From: Elusimicrobiota bacterium
GTDB taxonomy: Bacteria > Elusimicrobiota > Elusimicrobia > Elusimicrobiales > UBA9959
Assembly: GCA_022013385.1 (NCBI GenBank)
Contig: JAKLQJ010000061.1
Coordinates: 1 to 51,660 of the forward strand
DNA length: 51,660 nucleotides
Reading direction: 5' to 3'
Shown: positions 1 to 9,546 of the stretch, in pieces
How the letters are laid out: each line of letters starts with the position of its first letter
Numbering within the stretch: position 1 is the first letter of the stretch
Notes under the pieces: generated by a model
Databases searched by the model: none
What the model saw: only the letters and a program-made list of their open reading frames with translations
Told to the model about the DNA's origin: nothing
Translations under genes and position numbers: made by a program

Positions 1-135
1 AAATAACTTGACATTTACTATTTACGCATCTTGCGTCGTGGTTTTAACCCCGCGGGTTTTTTCTACAACCAAGTTTACCCAACCCACGGGGTAAAAACAA
101 GCATTTAAATGTAAAGAAGTGTTGGACGCACTACA

Positions 136-285
136 CTAGGCCAAAGCTTGAGGGTTAATTTTCCATTGCCCAATTTTTACAGCTTTGATTTCCTTTTTGG
201 CAATAATGTCCCGTATCCATTCCTCTGTAATGCCAAGCTTGCGCGCGACCTGACGGACCGTTAGGTATTTTTTTAGATTATCCAT
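136..285 (-). CDS. small helix-turn-helix DNA-binding protein (excisionase/MerR-like HTH_17 type), 49 aa, below ORF-track cutoff
   Basis: Own minus-strand translation: MDNLKKYLTVRQVARKLGITEEWIRDIIAKKEIKAVKIGQWKINPQALA. The LTVxxVAxxLG...AVKIGxW(K/R)I pattern is typical of HTH_17 domains. AGGAG lies about 9 nt upstream of the ATG. Confidence 0.5.
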   Translation of the reverse strand: MDNLKKYLTVRQVARKLGITEEWIRDIIAKKEIKAVKIGQWKINPQALA

Positions 286-436
286 TTACTTATAGCTCCT
301 ACTATTGAGGTTAAACACCCGCTAATCCCTATTTTAATATTTAGGGGATTGCAGGTCAATAAATATTTTCGCGTTTTTTTTATTGCGTTTTTTTTATTTG
401 CCAAGAATAGCTCAATTTTGCTAATATATGTTTACT

Positions 437-748
437 ATGTATGCGATAATTGAAACAGGCGGCAAACAATATTGGATAGTCCCGGGAGAAATTTTGCAGA
501 TTGAGAAACTTTCGGCAAGTCAAGGCGATGAAGTTACTTTTAATGCCCTTTGGAGCGCTTCTCCTGAAGATACTAAACAAACTCAAGAGAAAAAATCATC
601 GGCGAAAGTAGTCGCTCAGGTTTTACGGCATCTCAGAGGCAAAAAAATAATAGTTTTTCGAAAAAAACCTAAAAAAGCCTATGAAAAATCCCGAGGACAC
701 CGTCAGGAACTGACCGAAATACAAATTAAAGATATTCAGCTTTCATAA
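437..748 (+). CDS. rplU: 50S ribosomal protein L21
   Basis: MYAIIETGGKQYWIVPGEILQIEKL is the canonical L21 N-terminus. I prefer the ATG at 437 over 428 because 428 lies inside a -10-like TAATAT. The gene sits in the conserved L21-L27-Obg synteny. Confidence 0.95.
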   Translation: MYAIIETGGKQYWIVPGEILQIEKLSASQGDEVTFNALWSASPEDTKQTQEKKSSAKVVAQVLRHLRGKKIIVFRKKPKKAYEKSRGHRQELTEIQIKDIQLS

Positions 749-798
749 GTTTCTGACAAATCAGCGGTGTTGAACAAACCGCTTGAAATAATTTAATG

Positions 799-866
799 TA
801 TAAGAATTTCAAAGTGTAGTCGCAGCCCCTTCCGCCAAAACAGCGGACAAGTGGGCTGCCTAATTT
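799..866. repeat. intergenic modular repeat (TAAGAATTTCAAAGTGTAG motif plus GC hairpin) between rplU and rpmA
   Basis: Shares the (T)AGGAATTTCAAAGT(G/T)T motif with 5043-5098, 7640-7656 and 35389-35403. Confidence 0.75.
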
Positions 867-879
867 AAGAGGCTCTACT

Positions 880-1143
880 ATGGCACATACCAAAGCTCAA
901 GGCTCAAGCACCAACGGCCGAGATAGTAATGGGCAAAGATTAGGTGTTAAAAGATATGGAGATCAGTTTGTAAACGCCGGAGAAATATTGGTGAGACAAA
1001 GAGGAACAAAATTTCGTCCTGGTTTAAATGTTGGACGCGGCAGTGATGATACGCTGTTCGCCAAAGCTACAGGCGTGGTGAAATTTGAATGGATTAATCG
1101 CAAAAAACAACAAATAAGCGTTTATCCTAAAGTAGCAAACTAA
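880..1143 (+). CDS. rpmA: 50S ribosomal protein L27
   Basis: [54 protein letters not shown] is a near-consensus L27 sequence. Confidence 0.97.
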   Translation: MAHTKAQGSSTNGRDSNGQRLGVKRYGDQFVNAGEILVRQRGTKFRPGLNVGRGSDDTLFAKATGVVKFEWINRKKQQISVYPKVAN

Positions 1144-1275
1144 CTCATCCCCCAAAAACATATATGACGCTCCTTCAATCCCGTGAATGCGGGGCGTTCG
1201 TGTGTGAATAACCGCAGACGGCCAAATTTTCTTAAAAAAAAATATCAATAGACAATATGTATGTGTGGTTTTTTT

Positions 1276-2664
1276 ATGTCGAATAATATCAGAAATTCTC
1301 ATCTTGAGTTTATAGATACAATGAAAATATTCCTTAAGGCCGGAACGGGCGGAAACGGCTGTACTTCGTTTAGGCGGGAAAAATTTATTCCTTATGGCGG
1401 ACCTAATGGCGGCAATGGCGGCAAAGGCGGCGACATATACATAAAAACCAGCGCTAATGTTAATACTTTGCTTGAACTTTCAAGAAATCCTCATATCAAA
1501 GCAAAAGACGGTGAACACGGCAAAGGCAAAAATTTATATGGAAGAAAAGGAACGGATATTTTAATTTATGCGCCAATCGGAACTATCATTAAAAAAGATG
1601 ACCGCGTAATACAAGACTTAAAAAAAGACGGAGACATTTTTCTCGCAGCTCGAGGCGGAAGAGGCGGAAGAGGCAATACTTCCTTTAAAACACAAACAAA
1701 TACGGCCCCAAAGATGTCTGAAAACGGAGAACCCGGAGAAGAATTAACTCTTCAACTTGAACTAAAACTTTTAGCCGATGTAGGTTTGGCGGGTTTTCCA
1801 AATGCGGGCAAATCCACTTTTCTTTCCGCGATATCGGATGCTAAACCTCGTATTGCTGATTATCCCTTCACAACTTTAAAACCTAATTTGGGAATGGTAC
1901 TTCACAAACAAAAAGATTTTATAGTGGCTGACATACCGGGACTGATAGAAGGCGCCCACAGCGGAAAGGGACTTGGGGATGTTTTTCTTCGCCATATACA
2001 AAGGACTAAACTGATATTGCATTTTATAGATCCCAATGGTTTTAAAAATGTGTCTCCTGTCGATTCTGTAGAGGTGATAAATACGGAATTAAAAAATTTT
2101 TCATCCGAACTTGCCGGAAAAAAACAATTTTTGGTAATAAACAAAGCCGATTTGCCAAATGCCGAAGAAGTATTCAAAAAAATAAAAAAGAAATATAAAA
2201 GCAGGGAAATATTCTTAGTATCATCCATAACCTCACAAGGCATAACAAAACTTTTGGATAAAATCATTAACACTCTTCCAAAAATTAAAGAAACTTCTTT
2301 TTCGCAAATAAATTTCAAAAAACTTCCGCCGCTAAATCGTTTTATGGAAAAAGGCTTTAAAATTTTTCGCAATAATGAAGGGGTATTGGAAGTAGAAAGC
2401 AAAAACATTGTCAAATTAATCAGTATGACAAATTTCGCGCAGGACGAAGCTGTAGAAAAGTTAAAAAACACATTTAAACTGATAGGTCTTGATAAAGCTC
2501 TTAGGAGAGAGAGAATCAATGAGGGTGAAACTATAAAAATAGCCGGAAAAGAATTTGAATGGTCTAATGATGATCCGTCAACAAATAGAAAAAAATCCAA
2601 ATTTCAGTATAAATACACTCAACAATTAAAGAAACGCCGGAAATTGAAATCGGAAAAGAAATGA
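1276..2664 (+). CDS. obg: GTPase Obg/CgtA with C-terminal OCT-type domain
   Basis: Glycine-rich Obg fold (KAGTGGNGCTSFRREKFIPYGGPNGGNGGKGGDIY) and G1 motif GFPNAGKST. The C-terminal segment resembles the Bacillus-type Obg extension. Start is uncertain (1261, 1276 or 1321). Confidence 0.93.
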   Translation: MSNNIRNSHLEFIDTMKIFLKAGTGGNGCTSFRREKFIPYGGPNGGNGGKGGDIYIKTSANVNTLLELSRNPHIKAKDGEHGKGKNLYGRKGTDILIYAPIGTIIKKDDRVIQDLKKDGDIFLAARGGRGGRGNTSFKTQTNTAPKMSENGEPGEELTLQLELKLLADVGLAGFPNAGKSTFLSAISDAKPRIADYPFTTLKPNLGMVLHKQKDFIVADIPGLIEGAHSGKGLGDVFLRHIQRTKLILHFIDPNGFKNVSPVDSVEVINTELKNFSSELAGKKQFLVINKADLPNAEEVFKKIKKKYKSREIFLVSSITSQGITKLLDKIINTLPKIKETSFSQINFKKLPPLNRFMEKGFKIFRNNEGVLEVESKNIVKLISMTNFAQDEAVEKLKNTFKLIGLDKALRRERINEGETIKIAGKEFEWSNDDPSTNRKKSKFQYKYTQQLKKRRKLKSEKK

Positions 2665-2741
2665 TTCGCGGGGGGAATCGGGACACGCAGTGAAACATCC
2701 CGATATGCGCCCTTGCGCTTGTCTGCCATTACGCAAACATC

Positions 2742-3818
2742 TTAATATTTTATTTTGTTTTTGCTAAACATAGAAACAATAAGAGTTTCTCTTCTAAATC
2801 TATAACCTCTGGCAAACGCGGTATTGCTCAAAAGAATAGGGGGCGTAGCCATTATAGCGGAATAAATCTTGCTTCTTTTTATTTTAGGCGCTGATAATAA
2901 ATCAAGAGGATTACCCTTGACAATCTCGCTAAGAGTATCCATTGCCCAAAAAACTGGCCATACCATAGCGGCGCGCATGGAAAATTCCATTTTAGGAATG
3001 GATGCAAGAAATTTTTCGGATACATCAAGTTTGTTTATCGCCCATCCTATCCATTTAAAAATAATGGGTTCCAAACGCTGTTTGTTAATCGGTTCTAAAA
3101 GAAGCTGTGGACTTAAATTTACGGATTTTAAATCTTCCTGCGGAATATAACATCTTCCCATGCGCAAATCATGAGCCATATCTTTAAGAATATTGGTAAT
3201 TTGAAGCCCCTCTCCAATACTTTTAGCGTCCTTGGTTTGGACAAAACTCTCAGTCATATTAGTGTTTTTTTCGCGCAAAGCCAGTCCATAAAGTTTCGCC
3301 CAGAAAATTCCGGGGACGCCGCCTATATACGCGCAATATTTTTCAAGCTCAGCTTCCGTTTGCAGGGCAAAAACACTCTTTTTATCCTTAAATGGAAAAG
3401 ATAAAATATCAATTTCCATTCCATGCGCAATCCCGTCAACAATTTCAGTAACCAAATCCCTGTAAATTTTCGGCAAGGCCGCGTAAAAATCAAAAATCTC
3501 GGCCATACCATTCATCAAGGACTTTTCTTTAGGATTTTTTATTTTTGCCGCCGAGTCTTTCATTACGCCGGAAAGCTCGTTTCTTACCTCGGCGGACTCA
3601 ATATTATGGAATAATTTTACGGTTTTATATTTGAGATCATTATGTATATCGGGACAATCAACAATAGTATCCGCGGCGCGACACAAAATATAACCTATGC
3701 CCATCACGCTTTTAATCGGATACGGGAAAATATTTATACTCAAATAAAGAGATCTTGAAACATCTTTCAAAATGTCATTTATATGCTTAGGCAATGTCAT
3801 ATTAATTTCTTTTTTCAT
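2742..3818 (-). CDS. squalene/phytoene synthase family protein (SQS-like)
   Basis: SRSLYLSINIFPYPIKSVMGIGYILCRAADTIVD resembles the first Asp-rich region of SQS_PSY enzymes (SRSF...YLVLRALDTVED). Length is 358 aa. Confidence 0.7.
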   Translation of the reverse strand: MKKEINMTLPKHINDILKDVSRSLYLSINIFPYPIKSVMGIGYILCRAADTIVDCPDIHNDLKYKTVKLFHNIESAEVRNELSGVMKDSAAKIKNPKEKSLMNGMAEIFDFYAALPKIYRDLVTEIVDGIAHGMEIDILSFPFKDKKSVFALQTEAELEKYCAYIGGVPGIFWAKLYGLALREKNTNMTESFVQTKDAKSIGEGLQITNILKDMAHDLRMGRCYIPQEDLKSVNLSPQLLLEPINKQRLEPIIFKWIGWAINKLDVSEKFLASIPKMEFSMRAAMVWPVFWAMDTLSEIVKGNPLDLLSAPKIKRSKIYSAIMATPPILLSNTAFARGYRFRRETLIVSMFSKNKIKY

Positions 3819-3878
3819 ATTTTGCTATTCCACGATAATAGATATTTTACAAAAGGTTAACGACCAAAAGAACCTCGC

Positions 3879-4982
3879 TTATCTTATTATTTTCCCCAAT
3901 ATCTTTTTACCTTCGGCCCCGGTTGCCGAATAAGGATGATTTTTTTCTCCGTTTAAAGCTCGCCAAGCCAAAAGCGCAAAACATGCCGGCTCTTTTGATA
4001 ATGGATGCATTGAATAATCCTCAATACTTGAAATTTTCATCGGTTTAAGCAAATCCTTTAAATTTTTCATCAACTCAAGATTAAATACTCCTCCGCCGCT
4101 CACTATCATTTCAGAAGGAATTAAGCGGACATAATGCTTAATTGAAATTTCAATGCTTTTGGCTGTTAAATAATTTAAAGTAGCCATTATATCCGGCATA
4201 TTCTTGCTATTTATATTTCTAAAATGCTTTTTTATGAATTGAAACGAAAAATCATTTCTATCGGCGGATTTTGGAGGTCTCATCATGAAAAAAGATTCTT
4301 TAAGCATTTTCTCTATTTTCCTATAATCAATTTCCCCCTTTTGAGCTAAAGCCCCGTTTTTGTCAAATTGTATTTCCCCCTTTGTTACATTTTGAACAAG
4401 CGAATCCATAAGACAATTTCCGGGACCAGTGTCAAAGGCAAAAGTCTTAACACCTTTTCCAACTAAGGAAAAATTAGCTATCCCGCCTATATTTAAAAGC
4501 AATTTTGGCCCGGCGCCTGCAAACATAAATTCATCTAAAAAAGGAATTAGCGGAGCGCCCTGTCCGCCTAATGCCATATCCATAGGTCTAAAATCGCAAA
4601 CAACAGGCCTGCCGGTCTCTTTAGCAATAAAAGATGCCTCTCCAATTTGAAGAGTATTGGGAATATTCGCAAAAGGACTATGACAAACAGTCTGACCATG
4701 AGAACCTATCACCGCAATATCCTTATACTTTAGATCGATGCTTTTACAAAATTTACGAACACATTTTGCCCATAAATATCCCAACTCAAAATTTAACCCT
4801 GAAAGCTCAAAAGCGTTCATTTTAGAAGCTGAAAGAATCTTTTTTCGCAATTTTAAATCATAAGAATAGGTTTTATATTTTAAAACCTCAATAGCTTTTT
4901 TTGCCGTGTAGATATTAACGGCGGAGATGGAAATTCCATCCGCGGATGTGCCCGACATAAGACCCAAAGCAATTATTTTCAT
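3879..4982 (-). CDS. anmK: anhydro-N-acetylmuramic acid kinase
   Basis: MKIIALGLMSGTSADGISISAV N-terminus, GGGVFN motif, about 367 aa; all typical of AnmK. Confidence 0.88.
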   Translation of the reverse strand: MKIIALGLMSGTSADGISISAVNIYTAKKAIEVLKYKTYSYDLKLRKKILSASKMNAFELSGLNFELGYLWAKCVRKFCKSIDLKYKDIAVIGSHGQTVCHSPFANIPNTLQIGEASFIAKETGRPVVCDFRPMDMALGGQGAPLIPFLDEFMFAGAGPKLLLNIGGIANFSLVGKGVKTFAFDTGPGNCLMDSLVQNVTKGEIQFDKNGALAQKGEIDYRKIEKMLKESFFMMRPPKSADRNDFSFQFIKKHFRNINSKNMPDIMATLNYLTAKSIEISIKHYVRLIPSEMIVSGGGVFNLELMKNLKDLLKPMKISSIEDYSMHPLSKEPACFALLAWRALNGEKNHPYSATGAEGKKILGKIIR

Positions 4983-5040
4983 TCTTTTTTTCCGCTTTTA
5001 AAACCGCCCTTTCATTCCATATTCGGTATTAAATTTATGT

Positions 5041-5141
5041 ATTAGGAATTTCAAGTTAGGCAGCCCAAGGGGCTGCAGCTACACTTTGAAATTCCTATAC
5101 ATCAAAGTGTAGCCTCCCCCGCCATAGGCGGGACTAATTTA
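5041..5141. repeat. palindromic modular repeat (TAGGAATTTCAA...TTGAAATTCCTA arms, then a CCCGCCATAGGCGGG hairpin)
   Basis: The inverted arms are read directly at 5043-5098. The CCCGCC-n4-GGCGGG hairpin is of the type recurring throughout the window. Confidence 0.8.
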
Positions 5142-5322
5142 AAAGATATATTACCATTTTTGCAGTCAAGCAATGTTTAAAACCGCAGGTTAAGATTGAG
5201 ACTTGGGAAAATTTTAATTGTACTCTCGTTACTTAATCCGCTGTCATCGCAGTGCTATTTCTGTTCATTTTTTTTGAGTATAATATAATTGTTTGCAATT
5301 ATCATAATATGAGAGGAAATAT

Positions 5323-6267
5323 ATGAAAATAAAAGATTTTTTAACAGTAGCCGATTATACAAAGGAAGATATAAAAGAAGTTTTTGATTGCGCCGCAAAA
5401 ATTAAAGCTCGTCAAAAAAGCGGAAATCCTTATACTCCCTTTAAAGGAAAATCTCTCGGCATGATTTTTCAAAAATCATCCACACGAACCAGAGTTTCAT
5501 TTGAAATAGGCATGAATCAATTGGGCGGTTATCCGATGTTTCTGGGCGCTAATGACACGCAGCTAAAAAGAGGCGAGACCATAGCTGATACGGCGCGAGT
5601 TTTATCGCGAATGCTTGATGCTATTATGCTAAGAACCTATGACCATAAGGATGTGGAAGAACTGGCTAAATATTCCGCCATTCCCGTAATTAACGGACTG
5701 ACCGATATGCATCATCCCTGCCAAATTATGGCGGATATGTTTACCATACTTGAACATAAGAAAAAACTTGAAGGCCTTACCATTGCTTGGGTAGGCGACG
5801 GTAATAATGTTCTTCATTCATGGATAGAAGGCGCTCCGCTTACGGGCTTAAATTTAAAAATGGCCTTTCCAAAAGGTTATGAGCCGGATAAAAAAATACT
5901 TGCCCGCGGAAAAGAAATCGCGAAGAAAGAAAACACGGAAATGATAACCACAAATGACCCAATTGAAGCCGTTAAAAATGCGGATATAATCTATACCGAT
6001 GTATGGACCAGCATGGGGCAAGACGCGGAAAAAGAGGAAAGATTAAAAGCCTTTGAGGGTTTTCAAATAAATTCCGAACTCTTAAAACATACCGCAAAAG
6101 ATGTTATAGTTATGCATTGCCTGCCCGCTCACAGAGGAGAGGAAATAACCGACGAGGTGGTGGACGGACAGCATTCGGTTGTTTGGGACCAAGCTGAAAA
6201 CAGAATGCATGTTCAAAAAGCAATTTTGGTATTGCATATATTAAGAGGTCAAAAATTGGATATATAA
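5323..6267 (+). CDS. argF: ornithine carbamoyltransferase
   Basis: STRTRVSFE carbamoyl-phosphate motif, HCLPAHRGEE motif, 314 aa. Confidence 0.93.
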   Translation: MKIKDFLTVADYTKEDIKEVFDCAAKIKARQKSGNPYTPFKGKSLGMIFQKSSTRTRVSFEIGMNQLGGYPMFLGANDTQLKRGETIADTARVLSRMLDAIMLRTYDHKDVEELAKYSAIPVINGLTDMHHPCQIMADMFTILEHKKKLEGLTIAWVGDGNNVLHSWIEGAPLTGLNLKMAFPKGYEPDKKILARGKEIAKKENTEMITTNDPIEAVKNADIIYTDVWTSMGQDAEKEERLKAFEGFQINSELLKHTAKDVIVMHCLPAHRGEEITDEVVDGQHSVVWDQAENRMHVQKAILVLHILRGQKLDI

Positions 6268-6289
6268 TAATAGTTAGGCAACAAATTAA

Positions 6290-6480
6290 TTCGGCAACAA
6301 GGCAATAGAAAACAGTAACCAGTAATCAGTGAACAGTAAACAGTAAACAGGTAACTTTGTTTGTAACTGGTGACTGGGCCTGTCCCGCCCAAGGCGGGAG
6401 TGACCCGTTTGTAACTGGCTAACCCCGCCTTTGGCGGGAGCAAACCGGCAACCGGCGCCTGCCGCGCTACATCACTGCCG
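6290..6480. repeat. mosaic repeat block (CAGTAA/CAGTGAACAG microrepeats plus two CCCGCC-n-GGCGGG hairpins)
   Basis: Reverse-complement relative of 21030-21300. For example, GGCCTGTCCCGCCCAAGGCGGGAGTGACCCGTTTGTAACTGG here matches the reverse complement of 21121-21181. Confidence 0.8.
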
Positions 6481-6490
6481 CGCTTTATTC

Positions 6491-7498
6491 TTATATCTTG
6501 TATATCTCAAGTATATCGCCGTTCATTCTAAATCCAAAATTACTATCAATCTCGGGATAAATCACATCTGCATCGCTTATATCCGAAGCCTTCAAAACAA
6601 AATGTGATTCCGCCGGATAAGACACCAAACCAATAATTAAATTATCCGTAAATTTCGCTCCTTTATTGCCCTGAATAAGCTCATAACCGCAGACTAATCT
6701 GTATTCTTTGGATAATTTAACAATTTCGGATTTTTTGGCTATCGCATCACCCAATGCTTCAATCGTAATATCCACAACTTTTTCTGTTCCTCTCGTTATT
6801 TCAACAATGCTGTTTTCGGGAGAACTCATCTTAATAAAAAGTTTTAAGATATATGTATCACCGTCTATATATACTTTTTTACTTCCGCGCATAAACATTG
6901 AAACATTTGCTATTTCCTTGCCATTGACCAAATATTGCTTTCCTTTATCCGTCGTTAAAACTACAAAATATCTATCATTCCCTTTGCAGTTGCTTCCGCC
7001 ATCGGGACAATTAGCGGCTTTCGTTCCGCTCACATGAACTATTGTTCCCTTAGTCGTTTTGAATGTAACCGCCGTCCTAAGATACTTATTCTTTATTTTG
7101 GAAAGATCAAAAGAATAAACGGCCGACGCTGAGTTTAGGGATTTACTGGGAAAAAGCGCCATAGCTTTAGAAGTTTTCAATTTGCCCAAATTACGATCAA
7201 AATACTCAAAAATATCAATATCCTTTCCGGCAGAAACCTTATCACTTATTGAGGGCGCGGGCATTTCTATTTCAACAGAAGCGTCACAATTTTCCGTTGA
7301 ATCCTCAAAGTTTTCATAAAAAATTCCGGCATTTGATAAGCCATAGGCTTGGCCGTCCACGATAGGCATCCCGCCCATGGCGGGACGGCACTGGTAGGCT
7401 TGGCCGTCCACGATAGGCATAGCCTCTGATACGGCACTGCCATAGGCTTGTAAAACGCCAAAAAACAATGCCATAGCCAAAACGCCTATTTTATTCAT
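6491..7498 (-). CDS. secreted hypothetical protein; N-terminal linker encoded by repeat elements
   Basis: Signal-peptide-like MNKIGVLAMALFFGVLQA at the preferred start (7498). No recognisable family. Codons for AYGSAVSEAMPIVDGQAY...MPIVDGQAY are repeat-derived. Confidence 0.6.
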   Translation of the reverse strand: MNKIGVLAMALFFGVLQAYGSAVSEAMPIVDGQAYQCRPAMGGMPIVDGQAYGLSNAGIFYENFEDSTENCDASVEIEMPAPSISDKVSAGKDIDIFEYFDRNLGKLKTSKAMALFPSKSLNSASAVYSFDLSKIKNKYLRTAVTFKTTKGTIVHVSGTKAANCPDGGSNCKGNDRYFVVLTTDKGKQYLVNGKEIANVSMFMRGSKKVYIDGDTYILKLFIKMSSPENSIVEITRGTEKVVDITIEALGDAIAKKSEIVKLSKEYRLVCGYELIQGNKGAKFTDNLIIGLVSYPAESHFVLKASDISDADVIYPEIDSNFGFRMNGDILEIYKI

Positions 7499-7666
7499 AT
7501 TGTTTTCGATAAAACTGTTCATGTTATGTTATAGTATGAGAAACCGGTATTGTCAAGGGACCATAGACCATAGTTAGATCTATTTATGATTTGACAGACG
7601 AACACACAAACCGCCTTTATTTTTAAATTTCTTGATGTATAGGAATTTCAAAGTTTGTACGGCAGA

Positions 7667-7796
7667 GTGGACTACGCTATCGTGTCGTGTGTATGTAGGA
7701 CACGGTTCAATGTTCACCTTGGGATAAACCCATGGTGCCCTGATGCATATCGGGGGCAAGTGGACTACGCTATCGTGTCGTGCGTTTGTAGGACAC
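7667..7796. repeat. two direct copies of GTGGACTACGCTATCGTGTCGTG-n-TGTAGGACAC (7667-7703 and 7760-7796)
   Basis: Read directly. These copies create the spurious 76-aa ORF at 7580-7810. Confidence 0.85.
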
Positions 7797-7810
7797 CCAT
7801 TAGTGATCAA

Positions 7811-7855
7811 GCGTGTTAGCTCTGCGTAGTTGCCTGATTTATCAGGCCTAATTTA
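7811..7855. repeat. 45-bp repeat GCGTGTTAGCTCTGCGTAGTTGCCTGATTTATCAGGCCTAATTTA, copy 1
   Basis: Near-identical copy (1-nt indel) at 28259-28302. Contains the CCTGAT/ATCAGG hairpin. Confidence 0.9.
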
Positions 7856-7914
7856 AACGCCATTATATTATTATTTCCAACGGAACTTCCCATTTAATAT
7901 AATTGAAGCATAAG

Positions 7915-8778
7915 ATGAACAACACGATAAGAAAAACTTTCATTCTGTTATCCATTATCGCCATAGCAACCACGCATTCAAGCGCTAAATGGACAAAACT
8001 GCTCAATTTCGCTTTAACCATAAATCAATCAAAATCCAAAACCGGACAGACAGGGACTTTATACTCAAAAGAAAGTTTGAATTATGGCATTCTCATAAAC
8101 GGAGAACTTACAAAGGACATTGAAAAATATAATTGGAAAAACACATTGAATTTAGAATATTCCAGCACAAAAAACAAAGATGAATCCGATCCCGCTTCAA
8201 GCGGCAAATGGACCGAAAGCAATGATAAATTGACAATTGATTCCATACGCAGATGGAAAACAATTAAGGCCATTAATCCCTATCTCGCCGTAAACTTTCA
8301 AACTTCCATGCGGGACGCGAATCATATGAATGAATGGATGGCATTTCGGCCATTACAATTTAGAGAAAGTACCGGAATAGGAAGCCCTTTAATTTCAAGT
8401 GTAAACCAGGATCTTGTAGTAAGAACAGGTTGTTTTATCCAGCATTATGCCAATATTCCAAAAAACATAGGACTTTATGAAAACTCAAATGGAATAGAAT
8501 TAGTGCTTGATTATAAAAACACCGTTAGAAAAAATATAGCTTTCACATCCAAGGCCGGATTTTATTCAAGTTTCAACAAAACTCAAGATCCTTGGAATTC
8601 CGCGACAAAATCAAAGAAAATAAAACTAGAATGGGATAATACGCTTATAACCGCAATAACAAAATACATAAGCCTAAATATGAGTTGGAACATAGACAAT
8701 ATAGATACGACTTCGGGCCATGCCAATTACGAATGGGAAGAAAAACTCAATATAGCGCTTAATTGGAAAGTTTTTTAG
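7915..8778 (+). CDS. putative outer-membrane beta-barrel protein (possibly DUF3078-like)
   Basis: Signal peptide MNNTIRKTFILLSIIAIATTHSSA, alternating beta-strand-like pattern, and a C-terminal ...NWKVF ending in Phe as in many OMPs. Confidence 0.5.
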   Translation: MNNTIRKTFILLSIIAIATTHSSAKWTKLLNFALTINQSKSKTGQTGTLYSKESLNYGILINGELTKDIEKYNWKNTLNLEYSSTKNKDESDPASSGKWTESNDKLTIDSIRRWKTIKAINPYLAVNFQTSMRDANHMNEWMAFRPLQFRESTGIGSPLISSVNQDLVVRTGCFIQHYANIPKNIGLYENSNGIELVLDYKNTVRKNIAFTSKAGFYSSFNKTQDPWNSATKSKKIKLEWDNTLITAITKYISLNMSWNIDNIDTTSGHANYEWEEKLNIALNWKVF

Positions 8779-8786
8779 ATAATGAT

Positions 8787-9522
8787 AATGGGGTCAGCCA
8801 CCATTTATATGATGTTTATGATATAATCTATATTATGCCAAGAGCAGAGAGAACAGATATTGGTGAATATGTGTACCATGCGCTAAATAGAGCAAACGCT
8901 CGAGTGCGGATATTTGATTGCGACAAAGATTATCAGCTTTTTGAAAATACGCTTGAAGAGGCGGTGAAAAAGCATGACATGAGGCTTTTGTCTTATTGTC
9001 TTATGCCCAATCATTGGCATTTAATCCTCCATCCAAAGAATAATGGAGATATGGCGCAATTTATGGGGTGGCTCACCAACACTCACACAAGAAGGTGGCA
9101 TACCAAGAAAGGCACCATCGGGCAAGGTCACCTTTATCAAGGCAGGTATAAATCATTTCTATGTCAAGATGATAATCATTTTCTTGCCCTTGCGCGCTAT
9201 GTAGAGCGCAATGCCAAAAGGGCAAATTTGGTTAAAAAGGCGGAAAAGTGGAAGTGGTCCAGTTTATGGAGACGAGAGAATGGAACAATTAAAGAAAAGA
9301 AAATTCTCTCAATATGGCCGGTGTATATGCCAAACGATTATTTAAACTGGCTCAACCAAGCGCAAATAGAAGATGAAGAGGAAGGAATCAGAAAATCCAT
9401 TCTTAAAGGCATTCCCTACGGAAATGGTGTTTGGGTAGGCAATGTGGTTAAAAGTTTTGGGCTTGAGCAAACGCTAAGGAAAGTGGGGAGACCAAAAATA
9501 AAAAATGGTGGCTGACCCCATT
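8787..9522. mobile_element. IS200/RAYT-like element bounded by perfect 20-bp inverted repeats
   Basis: AATGGGGTCAGCCACCATTT at 8787-8806 and its exact reverse complement AAATGGTGGCTGACCCCATT at 9503-9522. The element encloses a Y1 HUH transposase gene whose stop codon lies inside the right repeat. Confidence 0.75.
8835..9515 (+). CDS. Y1 (HUH) transposase, IS200-like / REP-associated tyrosine transposase-like
   Basis: HUH motif in LMPNHWHLILHP and a catalytic-Tyr region LARYVERNAKRANL. The ATG at 8835 (MPRAERTDIGEYVYHALNRANARVRIF) is preferred over the ORF-track start at 8763. Confidence 0.85.
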   Translation: MPRAERTDIGEYVYHALNRANARVRIFDCDKDYQLFENTLEEAVKKHDMRLLSYCLMPNHWHLILHPKNNGDMAQFMGWLTNTHTRRWHTKKGTIGQGHLYQGRYKSFLCQDDNHFLALARYVERNAKRANLVKKAEKWKWSSLWRRENGTIKEKKILSIWPVYMPNDYLNWLNQAQIEDEEEGIRKSILKGIPYGNGVWVGNVVKSFGLEQTLRKVGRPKIKNGG

Positions 9523-9546
9523 TGTCCATTTGCATTTCATTTGTCT

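Noticed and set aside
40-70. AACCCCGCGGGTTTTTTC as a rho-independent terminator of an upstream gene
   Set aside because: The stem is only about 5 bp with a 3-nt loop, and the upstream gene is outside the window, so the call cannot be supported.
7580-7810. 76-aa minus-strand ORF in the track
   Set aside because: It is composed almost entirely of two direct repeat copies (7667-7703 and 7760-7796) and other dispersed motifs. It has no RBS and gives a low-complexity, duplicated peptide (RHDSVVH x2).
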